DNA of 6,229 bases, taken from positions 1 through 6,229 of IMG/VR virus record IMGVR_UViG_3300029709_000126. One strand, 5' to 3'. Positions 1 to 5,745 of this stretch are shown piece after piece (positions within the stretch are counted from its first letter, which is position 1; each line of letters opens with the position of its first letter). The stretch is from a virus. The position numbers and the translations under genes are program-made. The notes below the pieces were generated by a model. The model was not told where the DNA came from and did no database searches. It saw only the letters and a program-made list of their open reading frames with translations.

Positions 1-77
1 TTTTTAACGTCCGCTGGTACTATTGCGCGCAAGCCTGCAAGGCTTACAGCGAGTAGGCTCCGCCGTAGCGAGCGTAC
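1..77. repeat. Terminal redundancy, copy 1 of 2. It is identical to 6153-6229 and most likely a k=77 assembly overlap marking a circular genome of 6,152 bp.
   Basis: Direct comparison shows 1-77 equals 6153-6229 base for base. An exact 77-nt overlap is characteristic of circular contigs from de Bruijn assemblers at k=77. Confidence 0.9.
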
Positions 78-160
78 AAACAGGAGCGAAGCGACCAAGG
101 AAAGGACGCAGGACTTTCCTCCTTAAACACCCCGAGCGAAGCGAGCTTATTTTCTCGCTA
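11..160. promoter_or_regulatory. GC-rich structured island in the main intergenic region. It carries three hairpins (31-45 aagcct-gca-aggctt; 98-120 aggaaag-[9 nt]-ctttcct; 140-159 agcgag-[8 nt]-ctcgct) and six copies of the pentamer 'agcga'. Candidate replication origin or single-strand initiation signal.
   Basis: I count about 57% GC over 11-160 (85 of 150) in a visibly AT-rich genome. The stems were verified by base pairing. The region lies between the Rep stop and the promoter of the first gene. Confidence 0.45.
84..144. repeat. 11-bp direct repeat 'gagcgaagcga' at 84-94 and 134-144, 50 bp apart (iteron-like).
   Basis: Exact match found by inspection. Each copy is itself a tandem of 'agcga'. 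Two further 'agcgag' copies lie at 48-53 and 67-72. Confidence 0.6.
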
Positions 161-189
161 ATTCTGACTTTCAGCAGCCCCAAGAGGTT

Positions 190-211
190 AAAAAACCCAC
201 TCTTGCGTGGA
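190..211 (-). terminator. Weak intrinsic terminator candidate downstream of the Rep gene.
   Basis: On the minus strand the sequence is 'uccacgcaagaguggg' followed by 'uuuuuu'. This is a 5-bp stem including one U.G pair (211-207 with 200-196), a 6-nt loop, then a U6 run at 195-190. It starts 31 nt after the VP4 stop. Confidence 0.3.
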
Positions 212-241
212 TACGCAATAGGTGTGGTGTTAAAACCTTCC

Positions 242-1342
242 TTACGTTCCAACACTTGACAATAACATTTCGTGCTTCTCTAATATATATGTTTTGTTTC
301 GTTCCCAACTTTCGTAAATCTCTTTATTCCAATCGTTTTCTTCCATAGAAAATTCGGCCTGTGACGGTAACTTTGTTAGAATTTTCGTGCTGAGTTTCTC
401 AGCTAATTTTTTGGCTTCTGCGATAGCTTTGCGTTGTTTTTCTTCCTTCCTGCGTTCTTTCATTGCATTCCACGCTATTGGGTCGTCACCCATCACATTA
501 CGTCCATATTCCTGCCAATATCTTCTTAAATTGTCTATTGTTTTCCAATCGTCGGCTTTGACCTTTTCTCCAAATATCCATAATAGTCCTCTGTTTAGGT
601 TGTTTATCCACATTCTCTCTCGTTCCTCGTCGGTGAATATTTTGTTCTTGTAATATTTGGGCATGGCCATTTTGGTACCGTTTCGGAAGGTATAAGTGGC
701 TACGTCGATTCGTTTGTAGTTTTGTTTTTGCCAGAGGTAATCTAGCCTGTTCATGTATCCTGCACCGATTCCTGCGCTGGCTAATACGACTTGTTTGAAT
801 GTAGGGTGTTTGATGTCTACTTTTAACATGTATTTTGTTATGTAATTGACGCTTCTGCTGTTGCAATATTGACCTATAAAGGAAAATCCGTATTTCCAGT
901 GCTTTTTTATCAGCTCTGCGCTTTTTTGTCCGAAGAATATTCCGTGCAGGTGAATTCTGTCCCCATCTTCTCCTAGCTCTGTGACGCACCAATGTCTTAT
1001 GCTTTTTCCTGTGTCTTTTCTCGCCCTTTCTAGGAATAATCTTAGTCCTTTTGTTGCTATTTCGTTTGGGTTTAATTCCCAGTTTAAGTTGGTTTGTTCT
1101 TCCAGTTCTTTTATTCCTTCTGGCGATATGGTTAGCGTGACAAAGTATCCGAAGTTCAACTTTATTTCTTCTTCCAGTCGCACTCTCCATTCTCGTTGTT
1201 TTTCTTTACGGCATTCAATGCAGCAACCACACTTTACTGGAATGTAGTATAACCTCCTGTCTTTACAGACAGGAGGCTTGCCTTTGTTCTTTTTGTTAGG
1301 TTTGTATTTAGGGTTTCTAATGAATTTAGGATATAAACACAT
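242..1342 (-). CDS. Replication initiation protein (rolling-circle HUH endonuclease; Microviridae VP4 / gene A-like), 366 aa.
   Basis: ATG at 1342-1340. RCR motif I is 'FVTLTI', motif II (HUH) is 'RIHLHGIFFG', and motif III with two catalytic Tyr is 'NYITKYMLK' (Y-x-x-K-Y, as in the phiX174 A protein). The N-terminus carries a Cys cluster 'KCGCCIEC', a zinc-finger-like feature common in microvirus Reps. It is separated from the upstream VP2 stop by one nucleotide (TAA-t-ATG). Confidence 0.93.
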   Translation of the reverse strand: MCLYPKFIRNPKYKPNKKNKGKPPVCKDRRLYYIPVKCGCCIECRKEKQREWRVRLEEEIKLNFGYFVTLTISPEGIKELEEQTNLNWELNPNEIATKGLRLFLERARKDTGKSIRHWCVTELGEDGDRIHLHGIFFGQKSAELIKKHWKYGFSFIGQYCNSRSVNYITKYMLKVDIKHPTFKQVVLASAGIGAGYMNRLDYLWQKQNYKRIDVATYTFRNGTKMAMPKYYKNKIFTDEERERMWINNLNRGLLWIFGEKVKADDWKTIDNLRRYWQEYGRNVMGDDPIAWNAMKERRKEEKQRKAIAEAKKLAEKLSTKILTKLPSQAEFSMEENDWNKEIYESWERNKTYILEKHEMLLSSVGT

Positions 1343-1343
1343 A

Positions 1344-2480
1344 TTAGTATGATTCTGTATATGATTCCGTCGTGATTTGTCCTCCTTTATTTTTTGTTGA
1401 GACTGTTTTCGTTTGCGACTTCTTTCCTCGAAGTTTGATAAACATTTCGGCTATATTTTCTCCGAATTGTAAACCAATTTGAAGTCTTTCGTTGAATGTT
1501 TGCTCTTCCCATCGTTCAATCATTCCTTCTACTTGCTTACGGTATGTTTCTTTGTCCCAATCGTATTTATCGGCTAGTGCGTTTAATTCTTTTGCTGAGG
1601 CTTTTAATTGTTCAATCTGTGCGTCTCCTACTTCTACGTCTTTGTAGGTTTTGGCAATTGACGCTATTAATTGGGCATTCATATAATAAGCTGCGTCTAC
1701 CCTGTCTTCTAAGGTTCTCTTGTCGTATTCATATCCGAGTTTCTCTCTTTGGAATTCCCAGTATACCTTATGAGCCATTTCGCTGTAATAAGTCGCAACG
1801 GCGAATGCTTCGCTAATTTGAGCTCTTGATGAGGCTTCTTTGCTTTCGTTAAGCCTTTGTATGGTCTCTTCTGTACTTTTTTTTGCTTTTGCAAGTTCTT
1901 CCTCTGCTTCTTTTAGTTTTTTGCTGGCGATAAGCTCATCGATTTTGGCGCTCATTTCTTCAATCCGCTTTTCTGCTTCCCTGATATCCACACCTCCAAT
2001 CTTTTTCGCTTCTTCCTCTGCCTTTTTCGCTTGCGCTTCCGCCAAAGCTATCTGTGCGTCATTCATTCTTCTTTGTTGTTCAATCTGTTGTGTTTGTAGA
2101 GCCATGGCGACAGGATTACCTTGTGGTTGTTCTGGACTTGTCTGGTGTGCTCCTCCGCTGGCTCCCATGCCGCCCGCTCCGCTTTGTCCGTACATTAATC
2201 CTATGTTTAACCCTGCATCTTTTAAGTGCTGTACTTGGTTTTCTGCATTTGTGTAATCCCAGTAATCTTTGGCATATTGTTGTGATTTTGCTGCCGCTCC
2301 TTGCTGGTATTGGTTTTGCAGAGCCATGATGTATCTGTTGTATTTTGCTTGCTCATCCATGGCTTTTCTTGGTGACCAGCTTAATCCCAATATTTGGCTT
2401 ATTCCTCCTGTTAAGAGTCCTGTTAGGCCGCTGGCTCCTGAGCTGGCTAATCCTGATATAAATGATTCTTTGAATCCCAT
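1344..2480 (-). CDS. DNA pilot / minor capsid protein (Microviridae VP2 / gene H-like), 378 aa.
   Basis: ATG at 2480-2478. The N-terminus is Gly/Ser/Ala-rich and hydrophobic ('GLASSGASGLTGLLTGGISQILGL'). A second Gly-rich stretch ('GQSGAGGMGASGG') follows. There is a long E/K/A-rich predicted coiled coil ('AEAQAKKAEEEAKK...EELAKAKK'). The size and position between the capsid gene and Rep match microvirus pilot proteins, which form an alpha-helical DNA-translocating tube. Confidence 0.8.
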   Translation of the reverse strand: MGFKESFISGLASSGASGLTGLLTGGISQILGLSWSPRKAMDEQAKYNRYIMALQNQYQQGAAAKSQQYAKDYWDYTNAENQVQHLKDAGLNIGLMYGQSGAGGMGASGGAHQTSPEQPQGNPVAMALQTQQIEQQRRMNDAQIALAEAQAKKAEEEAKKIGGVDIREAEKRIEEMSAKIDELIASKKLKEAEEELAKAKKSTEETIQRLNESKEASSRAQISEAFAVATYYSEMAHKVYWEFQREKLGYEYDKRTLEDRVDAAYYMNAQLIASIAKTYKDVEVGDAQIEQLKASAKELNALADKYDWDKETYRKQVEGMIERWEEQTFNERLQIGLQFGENIAEMFIKLRGKKSQTKTVSTKNKGGQITTESYTESY

Positions 2481-2503
2481 ATTTGGTTTGTTTTAATTTT
2501 TCG

Positions 2504-2523
2504 CCCTTGTAATTTTACAAGGG
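2504..2523. promoter_or_regulatory. Perfect inverted repeat 'cccttgtaa tt ttacaaggg' (9-bp arms) in the leader of VP2, 23 nt upstream of its ATG.
   Basis: Counted directly: 2504-2512 is the exact reverse complement of 2515-2523. It has no flanking U-tract on the coding strand, so it is not a classic terminator. It could be an operator, an RNA stability stem, or an ssDNA structural element. Confidence 0.5.
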
Positions 2524-2570
2524 TTATACATATTACTAGATAATATATGCTACATGCGTACCATTTTGTG

Positions 2571-2607
2571 AAAAATGGAGGGAGAAGAGGTTAAACCTCT
2601 ATCTCCC
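2571..2607 (-). terminator. Intrinsic terminator-like or attenuator hairpin with a U-tract, between the 111-aa gene and VP2.
   Basis: On the minus strand, 'gggaga' (2607-2602) pairs with 'ucuccc' (2585-2580) and 'agagguu' pairs with 'aaccucu' (2600-2586 region). This gives a stem of about 12 bp with a 1-nt bulge and a 3-nt loop, followed by 'uccauuuuuca' (U5 at 2575-2571). It begins 19 nt after the 111-aa gene stop. Confidence 0.4.
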
Positions 2608-2626
2608 AGCCTTTTAGATGTGCGGT

Positions 2627-2962
2627 TTATCCCGCCGATTCCTGCTGCGAAGAATTGTCTCCTATTTCTTTCGAATCGAGGGCATTTTGTTCTTGTTGTT
2701 CAATTTTCCCGTAGTTTTTTGATTTTGCGAGATTTGCCTGGTTTACCGCCTCCATAGCTTGTTGTGCAATATCCCATCGGTCAGTTCTGATGTTGTAAGC
2801 TGGTAATACTCCGTCCTCTCTGTTTGTATAAATGATTGGTGCTCCATCTGTGATAGGTTCATTGTTCTCGGTAATTCTACGTACTTTGTTTTCAATACTT
2901 TCTCCTTCTTGAAATTCATAATTTGTTTTTGGAGGTCTTGAATATAACTTTGGTTTAATCAT
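2627..2962 (-). CDS. Hypothetical small protein (111 aa) between the major capsid and pilot genes. It has a basic N-terminus and an acidic Gln/Ser-rich C-terminal tail. A minor structural or scaffold role is possible.
   Basis: ATG at 2962-2960, 11 nt after the VP1 stop, with a TAA stop at 2629-2627. It is on the same strand and in the same operon, and is followed 19 nt later by a terminator-like hairpin. I recognise no family from the sequence alone. Confidence 0.6.
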   Translation of the reverse strand: MIKPKLYSRPPKTNYEFQEGESIENKVRRITENNEPITDGAPIIYTNREDGVLPAYNIRTDRWDIAQQAMEAVNQANLAKSKNYGKIEQQEQNALDSKEIGDNSSQQESAG

Positions 2963-2973
2963 AATTATAAGTT

Positions 2974-5055
2974 TTAAATATTAGGAATAACTTTTGCTGA
3001 CATGACACGTCTGGGTTTTATGTTAAATGCTATTTGTATCCAAAAATTTTGGGCAGTTATGTCTGTATCAGCGAAGATATTGTTGTAGAGATGTGGAAAT
3101 ACGTATGTTGTGTAGGTATTTATATCTCCAAATATTCTATTTAAGCACATCCAGCCTTCATTTTCGATGAGTGCGAAATTCCCATACGTTTTGTTTACAT
3201 TCGTCATGTATTCAATCCATGCAGGTTGTTTACCGATTGACTTATTTGACATTTCGAGAGATGTATTTGCGTTTAAGCTTCGGTACAATCTGTCTTGAAA
3301 GCCTATACCGTCAAGTTGTGGTTTATGCAAATCGTCTAGTGTCAATAAATAATTGTCCCATTCGTTACCTTGAAAATAATCTACTCGTGGAGTAATGGAG
3401 GTAATACAGAATATATAGCCTGGTTCGTCTGCCTTGAATATAATATTTCCTCCTTTGTGATTGGTCGCTAAACCTCTACCCGCTAACGTACCTAATGGTT
3501 GGTCTTCGGTTCCGCTGTTGTTTACAACTTCTTGGAATTCTATTTCAAGGGAGCTACCTCCGAGGTAAATAGGTGTTTCAATATGGTTTAAACCTCCGCT
3601 AGTATATACGGTTTGAATCCATGCGTTATAACTTCCATCGCTTACTGCAATTCTGTTAAGCATAGTATATACTTTTTTTGCAAGATTTAAGGTATCGAGT
3701 GTAAAGCTTCCTCCCGAAGTATCGATAGCTGTTATTGCATTAATTCCTGTTTCTCCATCAATCCATTCGGTATTAACCCAGTTTGTATTGATATCACTTT
3801 GATAGGTTTTAAGAGCAAGGCCTACCAATGGTTGTGAACAACTTGGTGCTATACCATTTTTTGTTTGTGTAGGTTTAAAGATGTCAACTATGAATCGCTC
3901 TTGTGCTATATATTGAGTTTTCCCTGCTGCGAGTATATTTTCTCTCATATCGTCGATTTCACTCAACTTGTAGCTATTATATCTCGCTTCTACGCTTGTG
4001 GCGAGAGAAGGCTTGTTTACATAAAAATATGTTTTAAAAGTTCTTTCGGTTGGGAGGAATGTAGTTGCGTTAATTTTATAATACTCTACACCTTCGACGG
4101 CGTTGCTTACGAATTCTGTAATGTTTGTTATAACTTCTTTTTCTGTGAGATTGTTTATAGTCCCATATATTTGGATTGCTACTTGACCTCCTACGCCTCC
4201 GCCAGTTTCAACTAGCCAACCAGTTTGCATGTTTATGTTTACTTCTATTTGTCCTGAGTCCTTATCTTGGGTGTATGGCTTTATAGCTAATACCCAAATT
4301 TGGTAGTCTGTGTTTTTTTTAGGATAATCACCTGTAGAGTCTATTAAGTTTGGTATACCCGTAGCGACAATAGACCATGAGCTCTTTTTATCGCTGCTAT
4401 TTGCAAGAGTTATGCTCATTTGTCCTTCGTCGAGAGTGCTTGCTATTTGTTTGTATAAATAATAGGTATTTCCGGATATTACATAAAAATTTTCTTCTTG
4501 TTTGTTTGCATAATAATTTTTAAAGATGTCGTAATACATCATTAGTTTAATGCAGTTGAAAGTTTTATTTCTTGAACCATAAGGCTCTAAGGTTGAGAGA
4601 GCTCTTACCCCTGTATATGCAACTAGTGAGCTTGGATTAACTTCATTGAGTAGAGAGTCGTTACTTCCTTCCATTTTAGTCTTATCGGTATATAGGCTAT
4701 AAGATATTGGAAATATAGGAAATTTTACCTGTTTCATATTTAAACCTATATTTAATGCATTGTTATGCAACATAGCATTATACAGTCTGATAGGACAGAA
4801 GAAGAAGTCGTTTTGCTGTTTAAAGCTTCCGAATAGAGGTCCAATGGTTGGGTGTGTTAGAGTGTGACACTTAGTTTCGATAGGGAAGGTATCCCCTGGT
4901 AATATTAAATGATATAATGTAGGAATTAGAGTTCCTACGGCTGCTGATGTTCGGCAGACACTGCTAAGGTCGTGTGTACTACGGTTATAATTATTCAACC
5001 GTGTCATCATTTTTTTACCCCCGCCGAGGGTGTTTTTTCCAATACTTACTTTCAT
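2974..5055 (-). CDS. Major capsid protein (Microviridae VP1 / gene F-like), 693 aa.
   Basis: The N-terminal region 'NRSTHDLSSVCRTSAAVGTLIPTLYHLILPGDTF' matches the conserved microvirus capsid motif (R-N-R-x-x-DLS ... G-x-L-I/V-P ... LPGDTF). The large size with insertions is typical of gut (Alpavirinae-like) capsids. Its start overlaps the stop of the preceding 83-aa gene (ATGA at 5055-5052). An alternative start at the internal 'MMTRL' cannot be excluded. Confidence 0.95.
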   Translation of the reverse strand: MKVSIGKNTLGGGKKMMTRLNNYNRSTHDLSSVCRTSAAVGTLIPTLYHLILPGDTFPIETKCHTLTHPTIGPLFGSFKQQNDFFFCPIRLYNAMLHNNALNIGLNMKQVKFPIFPISYSLYTDKTKMEGSNDSLLNEVNPSSLVAYTGVRALSTLEPYGSRNKTFNCIKLMMYYDIFKNYYANKQEENFYVISGNTYYLYKQIASTLDEGQMSITLANSSDKKSSWSIVATGIPNLIDSTGDYPKKNTDYQIWVLAIKPYTQDKDSGQIEVNINMQTGWLVETGGGVGGQVAIQIYGTINNLTEKEVITNITEFVSNAVEGVEYYKINATTFLPTERTFKTYFYVNKPSLATSVEARYNSYKLSEIDDMRENILAAGKTQYIAQERFIVDIFKPTQTKNGIAPSCSQPLVGLALKTYQSDINTNWVNTEWIDGETGINAITAIDTSGGSFTLDTLNLAKKVYTMLNRIAVSDGSYNAWIQTVYTSGGLNHIETPIYLGGSSLEIEFQEVVNNSGTEDQPLGTLAGRGLATNHKGGNIIFKADEPGYIFCITSITPRVDYFQGNEWDNYLLTLDDLHKPQLDGIGFQDRLYRSLNANTSLEMSNKSIGKQPAWIEYMTNVNKTYGNFALIENEGWMCLNRIFGDINTYTTYVFPHLYNNIFADTDITAQNFWIQIAFNIKPRRVMSAKVIPNI

Positions 5056-5303
5056 TGTTGTTGTTGTTTATAAAGGTTATTGAGTTTTTGGCACATTGCT
5101 CCGATGATGGATAAGTCTAGGTTGGTGAGACTGAAATTTTCTTCAAGGTATTGTTCTGCCTCTTCTTGACTGTCAAATAAGAGTGGTGACACTACATATT
5201 CTCCCACTATGAAGGTGAATTTATCCTCTTCGCCTATTTTGACGGCTCTCACTTTGACAACATCTTGTCTTGTTGCCCAATCTAATGCTTCTTGTTGTTC
5301 CAT
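5052..5303 (-). CDS. Hypothetical acidic protein (83 aa, about 15 D/E against 7 K/R), translationally coupled to the capsid gene. Candidate scaffolding or assembly protein.
   Basis: ATG at 5303-5301, 2 nt after the 92-aa ORF stop (TAA-tt-ATG). Its TGA stop overlaps the VP1 ATG (ATGA). The predicted alpha/beta pattern is helix 'EQQEALDWATRQ', strand 'VVKVRAVKI', strand 'FTFIVGEYVV', then acidic helix 'DSQEEAEQYLEEN'. Confidence 0.6.
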   Translation of the reverse strand: MEQQEALDWATRQDVVKVRAVKIGEEDKFTFIVGEYVVSPLLFDSQEEAEQYLEENFSLTNLDLSIIGAMCQKLNNLYKQQQQ

Positions 5304-5305
5304 AA

Positions 5306-5584
5306 TTAAATGTTTTTGATTGCTTCAATTTTTGTTAATATAATTCTGCTTTTGCGTAATTCGTCTTCGAGCCGTTCTGCTTCTTTGAATAGACAGCAAT
5401 TCATGACGATTCTGAATCCTTTTAAGAGATTCCCTGTGTCGTAGTCAAAACCTTCCCACATAAGGCAATATGCACCTTCGCTGAATGCTTCGAAAGGTAT
5501 CTTGGCGGATTTAACCCATTCTTTTTTACGGAATTTCCCGTATTTCGTAATCGATGGTATCATTGTGATGTGAAATTGAATCAT
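5306..5584 (-). CDS. Hypothetical protein (92 aa).
   Basis: ATG at 5584-5582. It lies in the operon, on the same strand, in a tight gene array, and overlaps the preceding 72-aa ORF by 59 nt out of frame. No recognisable motifs. An alternative start at Met8 is possible. Confidence 0.5.
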   Translation of the reverse strand: MIQFHITMIPSITKYGKFRKKEWVKSAKIPFEAFSEGAYCLMWEGFDYDTGNLLKGFRIVMNCCLFKEAERLEDELRKSRIILTKIEAIKNI

Positions 5585-5744
5585 TTTTACATTTGTTGTT
5601 TACATTTACGGTATTTCCAGATATTCGCCAGGTGCTGCCGCAACTTTCTATTATATAGGATATTGCCAATAATATGGCGGCACCTATAATACTTGCTACT
5701 GTTTTCCAGTTTTCCTTTAAGAATTGCTTGATTTCTTCTTTCAT
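5526..5744 (-). CDS. Small single-pass membrane protein (72 aa). Candidate lysis (amurin or holin-like) or other membrane-targeted protein.
   Basis: ATG at 5744-5742, one nucleotide after the stop of the first gene (TAG-a-ATG). The protein has a charged N-terminus 'MKEEIKQFLKENWK', then a roughly 20-residue hydrophobic helix 'TVASIIGAAILLAISYII', then a polar C-terminal tail rich in N/S/K/H/D. Confidence 0.5.
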   Translation of the reverse strand: MKEEIKQFLKENWKTVASIIGAAILLAISYIIESCGSTWRISGNTVNVNNKCKNDSISHHNDTIDYEIREIP

Positions 5745-5745
5745 T

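Noticed and set aside
25-160. A tRNA, tmRNA or other known structured RNA gene in the GC-rich island.
   Set aside because: No T-loop (GTTCRA) or cloverleaf can be drawn. Hairpin loops are 3, 9 and 8 nt rather than the 7-nt tRNA loops, and there is no acceptor-stem pairing.
23-259. A plus-strand 78-aa ORF (TTG start) across the GC-rich island.
   Set aside because: It is on the opposite strand to every real gene and has no ATG. GC-rich sequence is stop-poor in all frames; the minus strand is open here too. It overlaps the structured hairpins.
387-1247. Plus-strand ORFs 387..653 and 981..1247 (88 aa each) antisense to Rep.
   Set aside because: They are antisense shadow ORFs in a pyrimidine-rich strand, with low-complexity S/F/L-rich translations and no start context. 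They are nested entirely inside a well-supported gene.
2043-2050. A second TAnnTTTG (-7-like) element on the coding strand inside VP2 (TAgcTTTG), and a plus-strand TAgtTTTG at 717-724 inside Rep.
   Set aside because: Neither has a TTTG at the 19-21-nt upstream spacing. At the expected chance frequency of an 8-mer with 6 fixed positions, one or two occurrences in 6 kb are expected.
1496-2496. Plus-strand ORFs 1496..1816, 1840..2256, 2054..2329 and 2269..2496 antisense to VP2, and minus 1894..1709 in another frame.
   Set aside because: Their translations are L/S/F/C-rich low-complexity sequences typical of the antisense of E/K/A-rich coiled-coil coding sequence. They overlap each other and VP2, and no promoter lies on that strand.
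2575-2757. A plus-strand 60-aa ORF spanning the attenuator hairpin and the end of the 111-aa gene.
   Set aside because: It runs antisense through a hairpin and the 3' end of a real gene, and it has no supporting signals.
3171-4215. Plus-strand ORFs 3171..3395 and 3865..4215 antisense to the capsid gene.
   Set aside because: They are short, antisense to the best-supported gene, and have Cys/Phe/Tyr-rich composition typical of AT-rich antisense frames.
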